A DNA stretch of 64,000 nucleotides from Candidatus Rifleibacteriota bacterium (lineage in GTDB: Bacteria > Muiribacteriota > Ozemobacteria > Ozemobacterales > Ozemobacteraceae): positions 128,826-192,825 of the forward strand of contig JAAYNI010000033.1 of the NCBI GenBank assembly GCA_012520995.1, in the 5' to 3' direction. Shown here piece by piece: positions 28,134 to 39,028 of this stretch. The notes under the pieces were generated by a model that searched no databases, was not told the DNA's origin, and saw only the letters and a program-made list of their open reading frames with translations. The translations under genes and the position numbers were made by a program. Position 1 is the first letter of the stretch, and each line of letters begins with the position of its first letter.

Positions 28134-29843
28134 ATGAATAAGCTCACTGTTACCATATTAGCCGCCTTGGCTGTTTTGTTTTTTGTTAATCCGGCTGTTT
28201 ATGCATATTCCAGTAATATAGTCACAGAGTTTGTCGTTGAAGGAAATCGTATGATTGACGACAAGCTTATTCTAATGAATATTGCGACAAAAATTGGAGA
28301 TCGTTTTAATGCTGAAGCTGTGCAAAACGATATAGCCAAAATCGGTGAAATGGGCTACTTCTCCTATGTCGGAGCAGAAGCTGTTCCATATAAAAACGGT
28401 CAAAAAATAGTTTTCCATGTAGAAGAAAACGAAATCATTGGAGAAATCAGCATTAAAGGATGTACGACAGTTGAGGACAGAATCCTTAAAGATGCTATGG
28501 AGAGCAAAATAGGCACGGTTTTCAACTCAAAGCTTTTATCGCAGGATATAAGACACTTAAATGAAGCTTTGGCTAAGCAAGGCTTCTTGTTTTCAAAAGT
28601 AGTTGATGCCTATGTTCAAGACAAAGGCCGAAAAATAAATGTTAAAATAGTTGAAGGTTTTCTTACGGAAATAAGAATAGAGGGTTTGAAGCAAACTAAA
28701 GAGAAGGTTGTCAGAAGAGAACTCTCAGCCAAGCCAGGCGAAATTTATGACAACAAAAAGATTGTAAGAGACTTGCAGCGTATTTATAATTTAGGATTTT
28801 TCTCAGAAGTCAGAAGAGATCACTTGCCTGCTGATAATCCTGATGACGTTATCTTAGTGATTCATTTGGTTGAGCAGAAGACAGGCAGGGCTGGAGCGGG
28901 CGGAGGATATTCTTCTCTCAACGGTTTGGTTGGTTTTGTTACACTTTCTCAAGACAACCTTAACGGAACAGGCAGACGGGCCTATATTAGAACAGAATTC
29001 GGTGGTGTTGAAAACTATGAACTAGGGTATTTTGATCCTTGGTTCAGAGACAAACCGCAAAGTTTCGGCTTGGATTTATATAATACTGAATACACTAGAA
29101 ACCTTTATTTGTCAGGCAGCACTATAAACGAATATGATGAAAGAAGAAGAGGTGGAGCTCTGACTCTTGGAAGGCGTCTTACCCGCGATACGGATCTTTC
29201 TTTCAGATTCCGAGACGAAGATGTCGAATTGACACCTACAAGCAGTACAACGCCTATGCCGGCAGGAGCTGTTAATGGACGTTCTCAGACATTGTCCGTT
29301 ATATATGACACAGATACCAGAAATAACAGATTTAAGCCTTCAAAAGGGGTTCACGATACTTTTTGGGTTGAAACCACTGGCGGTTTTTTGAAGGGCGCGA
29401 ACCAATATACTAAATATATGCTTGCACTGAGAAGATACTATCCGATCGGATATTCTGATAAAACTGTATTTGCTGTTCAGGGCGTTTATGGAGATACTGA
29501 GGTGGGCAGCGGTTTTGTGCCTGTTTACGATATGTTTTCTGTGGGCGGCAGCAACAGTGTCAGAGGTTATGAAGAACGGGAGTTTCTTGGCACAAGAATT
29601 TTTTATGCAAACTTTGAGTTACGACATAATTTGTCTGATAATTTTGTTTTGGTGGCTTTCTATGATACGGGAAGCGCATGGGGTGATGACTACAATAAGA
29701 ATCCTATAGATTACGACAATAAGTCGGGCTATGGGATCGGCTTTAGAGTTCATACTCCTATAGGCCCAATTGCTGTTGACTATGGTAAAGCTGATGACCG
29801 AGACAGCGGAGAAACCTATATTAACTTTGGTTCGTCTTTCTGA
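28134..29843 (+). CDS. bamA: outer membrane protein assembly factor BamA (Omp85 family; short form with POTRA repeats)
   Basis: Signal peptide. POTRA-like repeats (VTEFVVEGNRMIDDKLI..., IGEISIKGCTTVEDRILKDAM..., LTEIRIEGLKQTKEKVVRRELS...). C-terminal beta-barrel with alternating-hydrophobic strands ending ...YINFGSSF (terminal Phe, OMP signature). Confidence 0.8.
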   Translation: MNKLTVTILAALAVLFFVNPAVYAYSSNIVTEFVVEGNRMIDDKLILMNIATKIGDRFNAEAVQNDIAKIGEMGYFSYVGAEAVPYKNGQKIVFHVEENEIIGEISIKGCTTVEDRILKDAMESKIGTVFNSKLLSQDIRHLNEALAKQGFLFSKVVDAYVQDKGRKINVKIVEGFLTEIRIEGLKQTKEKVVRRELSAKPGEIYDNKKIVRDLQRIYNLGFFSEVRRDHLPADNPDDVILVIHLVEQKTGRAGAGGGYSSLNGLVGFVTLSQDNLNGTGRRAYIRTEFGGVENYELGYFDPWFRDKPQSFGLDLYNTEYTRNLYLSGSTINEYDERRRGGALTLGRRLTRDTDLSFRFRDEDVELTPTSSTTPMPAGAVNGRSQTLSVIYDTDTRNNRFKPSKGVHDTFWVETTGGFLKGANQYTKYMLALRRYYPIGYSDKTVFAVQGVYGDTEVGSGFVPVYDMFSVGGSNSVRGYEEREFLGTRIFYANFELRHNLSDNFVLVAFYDTGSAWGDDYNKNPIDYDNKSGYGIGFRVHTPIGPIAVDYGKADDRDSGETYINFGSSF

Positions 29844-29896
29844 TTAAAACTGAAAACTTTATAATTTGAATTTCATATTTCACACAGGAGAAACTA

Positions 29897-30457
29897 ATGA
29901 AAAGAACAATGTTCACAGCGGCTGTTTTGGCTACGATTATATTTGCTCAGCCTGCTCTTTATGCATTTGATTTTGGCACTATAGATGCAGCTAAAGTTTT
30001 TTCGAATTACTCGGAAACGATAAAAACTAAAAACCATCTTGAAGGCGAGAAGGCCAAATTGCAAAAAGAGCTGGATGAAAAAACTCAGGCTTTAAAAAAG
30101 CTTGATGATCAATATCTTTCAGTAGCAAAAAGAATTCAAGATTTTAGACTTTCAAAAAAGGAAAAAGAAGCTCAGGCACTAGAAGGCACCCTTGCAAAGC
30201 TTAGAGAAGAAATTTCCAAGAAAAACAGCGAAACAAAAGAATTTTTTGAAACTTCACAAAAAGCCTTGTATGAGCTTGAAAATAACAAGATGAACGATCT
30301 GAGCAAAAAACTGGATACAAACGTTGAAAAGGTTGTTGCTCAGTTGGCTAGAAAATATAAGCTTAAAGCAGTTCTTGAAAAAAGAAACTTTTACTGGTCA
30401 GATAAAGATGCTGTAAAAGATCTTACAGACGAAGTTCTTGCAAATATTAACAAATAA
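29897..30457 (+). CDS. skp: periplasmic chaperone Skp/OmpH
   Basis: Signal peptide followed by a long K/E-rich coiled coil (LEGEKAKLQKELDEKTQALKKLDDQYL...). It holds the conserved position between bamA and lpxD. Confidence 0.75.
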   Translation: MKRTMFTAAVLATIIFAQPALYAFDFGTIDAAKVFSNYSETIKTKNHLEGEKAKLQKELDEKTQALKKLDDQYLSVAKRIQDFRLSKKEKEAQALEGTLAKLREEISKKNSETKEFFETSQKALYELENNKMNDLSKKLDTNVEKVVAQLARKYKLKAVLEKRNFYWSDKDAVKDLTDEVLANINK

Positions 30458-30458
30458 G

Positions 30459-31505
30459 ATGAGTCGGTCTGAAAAATATCTGACGATTGAAGCCGTAGCT
30501 GAGCTGGTAGGCGGAAAAATTCTGCAAAAAGGCGCTTCCGATCTGCTTATTAAAGGTATTGGTTCTATTTATGAAGCTAAAGAAGGCGAAATAACCTTTG
30601 CTGCAGAACTCAATCTAGCTAAAACTGTTCTGAAGCAGTCAGGTTCATTAAAAGCTTCAGCATTGATTGTTCCCGAAGGTCTTGATGAGGTTCCTTTCAT
30701 ACCTTCGGTTGAGGTTAAAAATCCGCATTTGGCTCTGGCAGCTTTGCTTAATCATTTCCATAAGGAAACCCTGCCTTCTGCACACATTGATCCTTCGGCT
30801 TCAGTTTCAGATAAGGCGACAGTTTCGCCTGATGCGGTTGTAGGACCGCTTTGTGTTATAGAAGAAGGAGCGGTTATAGAAGAGGGCGTTTGGTTGAAAG
30901 CTCAAGTCTATATTGGCAAAAATGCCAGGGTAGGCAAAGATTCTGTGCTATATCCTGGAGTAAGATTGCTTGATGCTTGTGCAGTAGGCGAGCGTTGTAT
31001 TCTTCATGCTAATGCTGTGATTGGCTCAGATGGTTTTGGTTTTGTTAAAGACGGTGAAAAACAGATCAAGGTGCTTCAGGTTGGAAACGTGCTTTTGGGC
31101 AATGACGTAGAAGTAGGTGCTTGCACCACGATTGACAGAGCCACAATGAATACAACTCACATCAAGGACGGAGTTAAACTGGATAACTTGGTTCATATAG
31201 CTCACAACTGTATTATAGGTGAAAATTCTATGATCATGGCGCTGGCGGCTTTGGCAGGAAGCACTATTTTTGAGGAAGGTGTAATTTTTGCTGGGCAATC
31301 AGGCACTAGCGGGCACATTACTTTAGGTAAAGGCTCAGTGATTGTTGGCAGAAGCGGAGTTACCAAAAATGTGCCTCCTGGTAGCTTTATGTCAGGTTTT
31401 CCGCTAAGGCCTCATGCAGAAGAAAGACGAATTAAAGCTTCTTTGACATATTTGCCCGATTTGGTAAAAAGAGTTGCAGCTTTAGAAAAAAAACAGAAAG
31501 AATGA
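30459..31505 (+). CDS. lpxD: UDP-3-O-(3-hydroxyacyl)glucosamine N-acyltransferase LpxD
   Basis: N-terminal LpxD domain (LTIEAVAELVGGKILQKG) followed by left-handed beta-helix hexapeptide repeats (IGKNARVGKDSVLYPGVRL..., IGSDGFGF). Start at MSRSEKY. Confidence 0.85.
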   Translation: MSRSEKYLTIEAVAELVGGKILQKGASDLLIKGIGSIYEAKEGEITFAAELNLAKTVLKQSGSLKASALIVPEGLDEVPFIPSVEVKNPHLALAALLNHFHKETLPSAHIDPSASVSDKATVSPDAVVGPLCVIEEGAVIEEGVWLKAQVYIGKNARVGKDSVLYPGVRLLDACAVGERCILHANAVIGSDGFGFVKDGEKQIKVLQVGNVLLGNDVEVGACTTIDRATMNTTHIKDGVKLDNLVHIAHNCIIGENSMIMALAALAGSTIFEEGVIFAGQSGTSGHITLGKGSVIVGRSGVTKNVPPGSFMSGFPLRPHAEERRIKASLTYLPDLVKRVAALEKKQKE

Positions 31506-31516
31506 ATTAGCTCTCT

Positions 31517-32152
31517 ATGAAAAGATATTTGGCAAACGTTCTTTTACTAACCATTGCTTTTGTTTTTTCTTTTTCGACGCTTTTTGCGGCTGATGCTCCT
31601 TTATCTGAAAGACTTAGATATTTAGGCTCGGGTTTAATATCTGCTCCAAACGCTTATGTTTCTTCTGTTATGTCTTATACATTTAATGAAGATGCTAAGT
31701 TTATTGCAATATCGGCTCCCGTAATTCCGGAAACTTTTGAAGTATCTGTATATAGGCCTACAAAGGGCGAGTATAAAAACGAGAGTGTTTACAACTTCAA
31801 ATTGGCCTTGATAAAAGAGCAGGGATTTATACCTACTTTGGTCTATGGTATGGCGGATGTTTCGGAAGAGCTTGGAGATCGAATACATTATGTGGCTCTT
31901 TCCAAAACTCTAGATGCTTTTGCTTTGTCCATGACAGCAGGAGCTTATGAAGATCCTGTTGATTCTAAAGGCAAGATGTTTTACTCGGTTGATAAAGTAA
32001 TTTTTCCGCTTTTAACTGTAATGGCGGAAAGAGTCGACGACGTAGATGCCTATGGTTTACGGTTAAGCCCTTATCCTGGAATAAATCTAGACTATGCCAG
32101 AAGAAATAAAAACGAGGATTTTTTCAGGATTTCTTTTCAACACACTTTTTAA
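31517..32152 (+). CDS. small predicted outer-membrane beta-barrel protein inserted in the lipid A operon (function unknown)
   Basis: Signal peptide MKRYLANVLLLTIAFVFSFSTLFA. Alternating hydrophobic beta-strand patterns. C-terminal ...FRISFQHTF ends in Phe, like BamA substrates. Confidence 0.5.
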   Translation: MKRYLANVLLLTIAFVFSFSTLFAADAPLSERLRYLGSGLISAPNAYVSSVMSYTFNEDAKFIAISAPVIPETFEVSVYRPTKGEYKNESVYNFKLALIKEQGFIPTLVYGMADVSEELGDRIHYVALSKTLDAFALSMTAGAYEDPVDSKGKMFYSVDKVIFPLLTVMAERVDDVDAYGLRLSPYPGINLDYARRNKNEDFFRISFQHTF

Positions 32153-33024
32153 TGACTGATTATCAAAACACCCTGGATGGAACTCGCACAGTCTCTGGAA
32201 TAGGACTGCATACGGGCGAACAGGTGAAAATGACTTTTTCTCCTGCTCCTCCTGACAGCGGTATTCAGTTTGTAATTAAAGGATCTTCACTCTCTTCCAA
32301 GCCTATAAAAGCTTATTATAAAAATGTAAGCGGTACCAATCGTGGAACAACGTTAACCGAGAATTCTTCCTCAGTACATACTGTCGAACATGTTTTGGCT
32401 GCTTTATATGCTAATAACATAGACAATGCCTTGGTGACTCTTTCTGCTTCAGAGCCGCCAATTTGTGACGGAAGCGCAATAGAATTTGTTTCTATGATCG
32501 CTTCTGTAGGTATTAAAAAGCAGGAAGTCAAAGCTAAAGTATTGACTTTGGATAAACCGTTCATTTTTGAGGAAAAGGGCAAATCTCTAAAATATTTTCC
32601 ATCAGATAAATTTGAGGTTGTTTTTTCTCTGGCTTATGATGACAAGATTTTACCAGATCAAACCTTTTCGGCAATAATCACGCCGCAAAAATTCAATAGC
32701 TTAATTTCGCGGGCTCGCACTTTTGGCTTTGAACATGAGTTCGATATGCTTAAACAGCATAACTTGGCTCTTGGAGGCTCTTTGGAAAATGCAGTTATAA
32801 TCAATAGAGATGGAACTGTTCGAAATCCAGAAGGATTGCGCTTCCCGGAGGAGCTGGTTGTTCACAAGGTATTAGACCTTATAGGAGATTTTTCTTTGCT
32901 CGGTATGAGAATTTTGGGCAAAATAGAAGCATTTAAAAGCGGACATGCTTTTAATCAAGCGTTTGTTAAACAGCTTTTTGAAGAGTTTGCAAATACAAAT
33001 GAAAACAAAGGAGTTTTTCTATGA
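32152..33024 (+). CDS. lpxC: UDP-3-O-acyl-N-acetylglucosamine deacetylase LpxC
   Basis: [42 protein letters not shown], and [11 protein letters not shown] (zinc ligands and catalytic His of LpxC). Confidence 0.9.
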   Translation: MTDYQNTLDGTRTVSGIGLHTGEQVKMTFSPAPPDSGIQFVIKGSSLSSKPIKAYYKNVSGTNRGTTLTENSSSVHTVEHVLAALYANNIDNALVTLSASEPPICDGSAIEFVSMIASVGIKKQEVKAKVLTLDKPFIFEEKGKSLKYFPSDKFEVVFSLAYDDKILPDQTFSAIITPQKFNSLISRARTFGFEHEFDMLKQHNLALGGSLENAVIINRDGTVRNPEGLRFPEELVVHKVLDLIGDFSLLGMRILGKIEAFKSGHAFNQAFVKQLFEEFANTNENKGVFL

Positions 33025-33443
33025 TGAATATAGAGGAAATTAAAGAGATATTACCCCATAGATTTCCTTTTTTATTGGTTGACCGTGTTTTGGAAGTTGA
33101 ACCTGGAAAATCGATAAAGGCCTTTAAAAATGTGACTGCCAACGAAATGCTATTTCTTGGGCATTTCCCTCATTATTCAGTCATGCCTGGCGTCTTGATT
33201 GTAGAAGCCATGGCTCAAGCATCAGCTGTGATGTTTTTAGCTCAAGAAGAACATAAAGGCAAGACTCCATTTTTTGCAGGAATTGACAAACTTAAATTCA
33301 GAAAACAAGTTGTGCCTGGAGACAGGTTGGATTTTGAAGCGGTGGTTCTCAGAACAAGAGGTGTTACTGCGAAAATAGCGGTAAAAGCTTATGTCGATGG
33401 AGTTCTTGCTTGCGATGGCGAAATGCTTTGCCAGTTGCTTTAA
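33021..33443 (+). CDS. fabZ: 3-hydroxyacyl-[ACP] dehydratase FabZ
   Basis: [57 protein letters not shown] is the hot-dog fold with catalytic His. Confidence 0.9.
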   Translation: MMNIEEIKEILPHRFPFLLVDRVLEVEPGKSIKAFKNVTANEMLFLGHFPHYSVMPGVLIVEAMAQASAVMFLAQEEHKGKTPFFAGIDKLKFRKQVVPGDRLDFEAVVLRTRGVTAKIAVKAYVDGVLACDGEMLCQLL

Positions 33444-33457
33444 TCGGAGAAAAATAA

Positions 33458-34282
33458 ATGACAATTCATCCAACTGCCATTATTCATGAAGGTGCTGACT
33501 TAGCTCAAGGAGTAACTGTAGGTCCTTATTCAATAATAGGGGCTAATGTGAAAATAGGCGAGGGCACCATAATAGGCTCTTCAGCTCGTGTTGTCGGCAA
33601 TACAGAGATAGGCAAAAACAATATCATACATGATTATGTTTATATAGGCGGCTTGCCTCAAGATACAAAGTTTAGCGGTGAAAAGAGTTATATCAGAATA
33701 GGCGATGGCAACCAGATAAGAGAATTTACTACAATTCATCTTGCAAAAGGAGAAGGAGAATTAACTGTTCTGGGAAACAACAATTTTCTTATGTCTTATT
33801 CTCATGTCGCCCATAATTGCGTCTTGGGAAACAATATAATTATGTCCAACAATTCCACTTTGGCTGGACATGTTACTTTAGATGATAATGTTGTAATAGG
33901 CGGCCTTTCTGGTGTTCACCAGTTTTGCAGAATAGGAAAAATGGTTATGGTTGGTGGTATGACCAAGGTTACCAAGGACGTTGCCCCATTTCTTAAAATA
34001 GATGGCAACCCTCCTAGCTTGGCAGGATTAAACTCTGTCGGTCTCAGAAGAAATGGAGTTCCTGAAGCGTCTCTGAAAAACCTTAAGCATCTTTATAAAG
34101 TTGTATTTATGAATAAAGAGATGAATCTTTCGCAAATTTTAGAAAGATGGGAAGAATTAGTAGCTTATCAAGATCCTTATATTCAATATTTCAAAGAGTT
34201 TGCTAAAAATTCCAAGCGCGGTATTTATTGGAAAAGCGGTCTAGACGGTTCCTTAAAAGCAACAGATACAGACTCTCAGTGA
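33458..34282 (+). CDS. lpxA: acyl-[ACP]--UDP-N-acetylglucosamine O-acyltransferase LpxA
   Basis: MTIHPTAIIHEGADLAQGVTVGPYSIIGANVKIGEGTIIGS hexapeptide beta-helix, plus the C-terminal helical domain typical of LpxA. Confidence 0.9.
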   Translation: MTIHPTAIIHEGADLAQGVTVGPYSIIGANVKIGEGTIIGSSARVVGNTEIGKNNIIHDYVYIGGLPQDTKFSGEKSYIRIGDGNQIREFTTIHLAKGEGELTVLGNNNFLMSYSHVAHNCVLGNNIIMSNNSTLAGHVTLDDNVVIGGLSGVHQFCRIGKMVMVGGMTKVTKDVAPFLKIDGNPPSLAGLNSVGLRRNGVPEASLKNLKHLYKVVFMNKEMNLSQILERWEELVAYQDPYIQYFKEFAKNSKRGIYWKSGLDGSLKATDTDSQ

Positions 34283-34350
34283 GTGGTCAGTGACGAATCT
34301 GCTTCTTAGCTGCAGTTATAAATAAATAATTACAAACACTTAAAACATTA

Positions 34351-34404
34351 AAAAAAACAGCCCTGTAGACATATTTTTTATCTATTGGCAGGGCTGTTTT
34401 TTCT
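34351..34404. terminator. bidirectional rho-independent terminator shared by lpxA (+) and the convergent MCP gene (-)
   Basis: A8, stem CAGCCCTG (34359-34366) pairing with CAGGGCTG (34390-34397), then T6-7 (34398-34404). Confidence 0.6.
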
Positions 34405-34471
34405 TGTCTTTAATTAGAAGCTTAAAGCAGTTATTGGTGAATCTTTAATTTTTATATGTCGTGCTAGATTT

Positions 34472-36223
34472 TCAGTTCTTGTCGTTTCCTGAAATTGTAA
34501 ATCGGGAAACAAGCATGTGCATTTCATCAGCTAGAGCAGCCAAGTCTTCAGTTGCATTTGAAACTTGTGAAACAGTGGCTGTTTGTTGTTCTACCGAATT
34601 TGCTACTACGCTAAGTCTGTCAGAAGTTGTTTTTGTAATAGAAGAAATTTCTTCAATTGTTTTAGACATAACAAGCGAGTTTTCGGATTGTTCTTGAGCA
34701 ACAGCGTTGATCTCGGTAATTTTGTTTTTTACGTCGTCCACGTTGATTATTATGCTGTCGAGGTTATCAGCCACTTCTCTTACGACTTTTAAACCGTCGT
34801 CAACCCTTGCTCTGCCGACTGACATTGAATCTACGGCGTTTTGCGTTTTAATCAGTATGTCTTCAATTTTAATAGAAATAGCTTCGGCGGCATCAGCCGA
34901 TTCTTCTGCCAGTTTTCTTACTTCGCTCGCAACTACTTTAAAACCGCTGCCTTGATCTCCGGCTTTTGCCGCTTCGATAGCTGCATTAAGGGCAAGGAGG
35001 TTGGTTTGGCCTGAAATGCCGGAAATGGTATTAGCTATTTCGCTGATTTGCAAAGAAGCGGAGTTGAGTTCTTGAATGACTTGAGTTGCCAAGTCAACCG
35101 ATTCTTTTATTTTAACTATCATACTGACAGATCTTTTTACTGTTTTCCCGCCATTGTCAGCGACCTCTGTAGTATGTAAAACAGCCTTGACAGCCTCATC
35201 AGAAAGATTGGCGACTTTCTGTACTGATTCAGAAAAGTGGTCTAGGGAGAGAGAGGTTCTCTGGAGGTTATCAGCGATCTCCATAGAGGACTTGTTTACG
35301 TCGTTGACGTTTTTGGAAATATCTACCAAGGTTGCAGCAGATTGAACTGAAGCTGAGGAAAGCTCTTGAGAAGAGGTAGCCAAGTTGTCGCTTGTGCCAA
35401 GAACTTTGAAAATTGCGTTTCCTATAGCAGTCATCATGTTATTGAAACTGTCACCGAGAAGAGCAAACTCGTCTCTGGTGGCAAATTCAAGTCTTGTATC
35501 AAGGTAGCCGCGTTCTGCTTGCGCCATAGAGGCAGAAAGTTGTGATAGAGGCTTGGATATTCTGCTGGCGATAAAGAATCCGAAAGCTATTATAAAAACT
35601 GCAACAATTATTAAAAGAGCTATAGTGAGACCGTAGGAAAGTGAAAACATGCGTTTAATGTCAATTCCCAAAGTTCGATCCAGCTGTCCTTTCACGGCAG
35701 TAGTTATGCTTTGAGCTTGAGCAGTGGCTAGCAGCATATTGCTTTCAAGCTCAGACAGCAGAGCTTGTTCGGGCGGGGGGGGATTCTTTTGTTTTTTGTT
35801 GGTTTCTATGTAGTTGTTGATTGCGTTTGTGTAATTTTCCATGTAATTAAGCAAATTGTTTTTGTGAAGTTTTGCGTTGGCAACTTTTGCAATCAAAGGG
35901 TCTTCAATATGTTTAGAGAGAAGAGAGATTTGCTCGTTTAAGGAATACTCCAAATCGTCAAGGATATTCACTAAGTTATCTATTTTGATTGGGCGTCTTG
36001 TAACGGAAAACTCTTTCAGCAGCTCCTTGTGCTTTTCAGAGAAAATCGCAGGCAATTCGCTTGAGGAGGAAATTATCAAAGGAATATAGGAGACCTGCAT
36101 GGAGTTTGTTATGCCCTTGAGCTTCTGCATGTTGTAAATAGAAAAAGTGAGAGCTCCGAACATAAGAAGAGCTAAAGCTATCAAGCCTATGAAGAATTTT
36201 GTGCTGACTTTCAGGTTTTTCAT
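34472..36223 (-). CDS. methyl-accepting chemotaxis protein
   Basis: N-terminal TM, periplasmic sensor region, second TM, HAMP. Highly conserved signalling domain ([36 protein letters not shown]). Confidence 0.85.
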   Translation of the reverse strand: MKNLKVSTKFFIGLIALALLMFGALTFSIYNMQKLKGITNSMQVSYIPLIISSSSELPAIFSEKHKELLKEFSVTRRPIKIDNLVNILDDLEYSLNEQISLLSKHIEDPLIAKVANAKLHKNNLLNYMENYTNAINNYIETNKKQKNPPPPEQALLSELESNMLLATAQAQSITTAVKGQLDRTLGIDIKRMFSLSYGLTIALLIIVAVFIIAFGFFIASRISKPLSQLSASMAQAERGYLDTRLEFATRDEFALLGDSFNNMMTAIGNAIFKVLGTSDNLATSSQELSSASVQSAATLVDISKNVNDVNKSSMEIADNLQRTSLSLDHFSESVQKVANLSDEAVKAVLHTTEVADNGGKTVKRSVSMIVKIKESVDLATQVIQELNSASLQISEIANTISGISGQTNLLALNAAIEAAKAGDQGSGFKVVASEVRKLAEESADAAEAISIKIEDILIKTQNAVDSMSVGRARVDDGLKVVREVADNLDSIIINVDDVKNKITEINAVAQEQSENSLVMSKTIEEISSITKTTSDRLSVVANSVEQQTATVSQVSNATEDLAALADEMHMLVSRFTISGNDKN

Positions 36224-37314
36224 TTTGGCTTTCCGCTTTTATTGAATATTTTTGCAGTGACATCAAACTTTGGCATAAAGATTTCTTCAAAGGTTCTAAT
36301 GGCACAATCGTCAGTCATACTGGCTAAATGATCTATTAATAGCCTGTTGAAAGATGTTTTATCATCGGGAGCTTTGTTGATTTTTTTTAAGAGAACATCT
36401 TGGTTTTTTATATAATATTCAGCTATTTGTCTCAAGAGATTTTTAGCTTTTTGTGTCGGAACGTCAAGCACTGGGTTCATATAAACATTTTCAAACATGA
36501 ATTTCTTAAGCTTTTCGGTAGCTTCTTCCATAGGCTGGCTCATCTTAATTAATGGGGAGTCTTGGCTGTTATCAATTATATCCTTGATCATTTTGTGGAT
36601 GCGCACAGAATGTCTTGTGCCTAGAAAGTCTATTAAGTCTTTAGGAAGCTCTTCGTTGCATACCACTCCTGCTCTTAAAGCGTCATCCAAGTCGTGGTTA
36701 AGATAGGCAATCAAGTCTGCGATTCGGACAACCTGAGCTTCTACAGTCAATGGCTTGTTTGAATTTTCGTCATAAAAAGCTTTGCCTTTTTGGCCTTTGC
36801 TGTGTTTTAAAACTCCGTCGATAACTTCTTTTGTCAGGTTAAGCCCCTTGCCTTTTTTTTCAAGTTTTGTTAAAACCCTAACACCGTGAGTGGCGTGATG
36901 GAAGCCTGAATCGCTCAATTCGTTTAAAACAGCCTCGCCGCCATGCCCGAATGGCGTATGTCCTATGTCATGGGCAAAGGCTATGGCTTCAGTCAGGTCT
37001 GAGTTGAGTGAGAGACATCTGGCTATAGAACGGGCTGTGCAGAATACTTCCAGGGTATGTGTAAGCCTGGTTCTGAAGTGATCATTGTTTGGAGAGAGAA
37101 AAGCCTGCGTCTTATGCTTGAGCAGTCTAAAAGAGTTGCTGTGGATAATTCTGTCAACGTCTCTTTGAAAATCTGTTCTGATAAAGCAGGCTTTTTCCGG
37201 ATGTTCTCTGCCAAGGCTGGCAGAGGCGAGACAGGCGTGCTTGGATAGAGAGGCGGCTTCTATTTTTTCGAAGCCGACTCTGATAGAGTCATTGTCTGTC
37301 ACGCGTTGTATCAT
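36220..37314 (-). CDS. dGTPase-like HD-domain triphosphohydrolase
   Basis: [11 protein letters not shown]..., [15 protein letters not shown] and [14 protein letters not shown] are the HD motifs of the Dgt family. Confidence 0.8.
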   Translation of the reverse strand: MIQRVTDNDSIRVGFEKIEAASLSKHACLASASLGREHPEKACFIRTDFQRDVDRIIHSNSFRLLKHKTQAFLSPNNDHFRTRLTHTLEVFCTARSIARCLSLNSDLTEAIAFAHDIGHTPFGHGGEAVLNELSDSGFHHATHGVRVLTKLEKKGKGLNLTKEVIDGVLKHSKGQKGKAFYDENSNKPLTVEAQVVRIADLIAYLNHDLDDALRAGVVCNEELPKDLIDFLGTRHSVRIHKMIKDIIDNSQDSPLIKMSQPMEEATEKLKKFMFENVYMNPVLDVPTQKAKNLLRQIAEYYIKNQDVLLKKINKAPDDKTSFNRLLIDHLASMTDDCAIRTFEEIFMPKFDVTAKIFNKSGKPK

Positions 37315-37327
37315 AGGTTAGAGGAAA

Positions 37328-38632
37328 TCAGGAAATTATATCCAGTACCAGTTTAGGTTTTTCTACTTTCTCTGGAGTTATTTCTACGGCAGATTTGAGT
37401 TTTTCCAAGGCACCTGCAGCATTTTGTCCAGGATTTACAAAGAGAGTGGCTATCACATCGCCTTTAGTTACTTTGTCGCCTACGTGTTTGACGAGTTTTA
37501 AGCCTACACCCATATCAATAACGGAATCTTTGGTTTCTCTGCCTGCGCCAAGCATCATTCCGGCTATGCCTACAGCTTCGCACTGGATTTTTTTGATATA
37601 TCCGTCTTTTTCAGCTTTAAATTCAGCTCTTGCAGTGGCTAAGGGCATTTTGGAGTAGTCTTCTACCATTGAAACGTCGCCGCCTTGGAATTTTACCATT
37701 TCAAGGAACTTGTTGTAGGCGGAGCCGTCGGACAAGACGCGCTTAACTTCGTTAATTGCGTTTTCTTCAGTTATAGAAGGGTCTTTTTGCTTCAGAGCTT
37801 CTGCGCACAGAACTTCAACTAGTTCTGTGAATACCTTGGGACCTTTGTTTTGCAAAGTATCTATAGCTTCCATGACTTCGCAAGAGTTGCCTACCATCTC
37901 TCCGAGAGGTTCGTCCATGTTGGTGAGAACCGCAGTTACTTTTCTGCCGGCTATTTTGCCTATTCCTACCATGGCTTTTGCCAATGTTCTGGCGCTTGCC
38001 AAGTCTTTCATAAAGGCACCGCTTCCGACTTTTACGTCCAAAACGAGGCCATCGTTTTCAACTGCGAGCTTCTTAGACATTATGGAAGAGGCGATAAGCG
38101 GTACTGAGTCTACGGTGGCGGTTACGTCTCTCAATGCGTAGATTTTTTTGTCAGCAGGAACCAAGTTTCCTGTTTGACCTACTATTACTACGCCGAATTT
38201 GTTTACGGCTTCTATTAATTGCTCGGGAGAGAGTTCAGTGGAAAAACCTTTGATAGCTTCAAGCTTATCTATGGTTCCGCCAGTGTGACCTAAACCTCTG
38301 CCAGACATTTTGGCTACTTTCATTCCCAATGCTGCGAGAACAGGACCCAATACTAAACTGGTTTTGTCACCGACTCCGCCTGTTGAGTGTTTGTCCACGG
38401 TGAAACCCTTTATCTTGTCTAGCTTGATTATGTCACCGCTGGTTCTCATACATTCTGTCAGCTGATAGGTTTCTTCATCATCCATGCCGTTGAAAAATAC
38501 GGACATAAGAAACGCTGACATTTGATAATCCGGAACAGTTCCGTCTACAAAACCTTTCACCATGAAAGATATTTCTTTTTGAGAAAGTTTTTCTTTGTCT
38601 CTTTTTTTCTTTATGATGTCATAAGCTCTCAT
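37328..38632 (-). CDS. pyrimidine-nucleoside (thymidine) phosphorylase
   Basis: DKHSTGGVGDKTSLVLGPVLAALG and the glycosyltransferase family 3 fold motifs. It is about 434 aa, typical of Pdp/DeoA. Confidence 0.85.
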   Translation of the reverse strand: MRAYDIIKKKRDKEKLSQKEISFMVKGFVDGTVPDYQMSAFLMSVFFNGMDDEETYQLTECMRTSGDIIKLDKIKGFTVDKHSTGGVGDKTSLVLGPVLAALGMKVAKMSGRGLGHTGGTIDKLEAIKGFSTELSPEQLIEAVNKFGVVIVGQTGNLVPADKKIYALRDVTATVDSVPLIASSIMSKKLAVENDGLVLDVKVGSGAFMKDLASARTLAKAMVGIGKIAGRKVTAVLTNMDEPLGEMVGNSCEVMEAIDTLQNKGPKVFTELVEVLCAEALKQKDPSITEENAINEVKRVLSDGSAYNKFLEMVKFQGGDVSMVEDYSKMPLATARAEFKAEKDGYIKKIQCEAVGIAGMMLGAGRETKDSVIDMGVGLKLVKHVGDKVTKGDVIATLFVNPGQNAAGALEKLKSAVEITPEKVEKPKLVLDIIS

Positions 38633-38666
38633 AATAGTGCGTCATCACCTTTCCTGTGTTGTTTTG

Positions 38667-38945
38667 TTATTTTTTGATTCTCATCAATCTGATAAGGTTG
38701 CAACTGAAGCATTTGTCAAAATACTCACATCCGCCGCATTTTTCTTGCCACTCGGGTCTGTCAATACGCATGCCTTCATAGGTCATACCGATGGTGTTCC
38801 ATTTGCCGAAATAGTCAGTGCCAAAGCATTTTGGAAGTTCGCCTGGCTCGGATTCTTTCATTCTCCTGATTCTAGGAGCTTCGGCAGATAGAGAGTGCTC
38901 TGATTTGGCTGGGCCGCCTATAGTTGTAGGGATTGTTAAACTCAT
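38667..38945 (-). CDS. small Cys-rich protein (C-x2-C-x6-C-x2-C cluster), unknown function
   Basis: 92 aa. ...EKCGGCEYFDKCFSC... is a putative metal-binding ribbon. Confidence 0.4.
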   Translation of the reverse strand: MSLTIPTTIGGPAKSEHSLSAEAPRIRRMKESEPGELPKCFGTDYFGKWNTIGMTYEGMRIDRPEWQEKCGGCEYFDKCFSCNLIRLMRIKK

Positions 38946-39028
38946 GTGTATTTACTCCTGGCAATTGAATTGGCAAGAACAATGATAACATATATCAGCT
39001 TTATTGTGTAATTTAATGGGTTTTCTGA

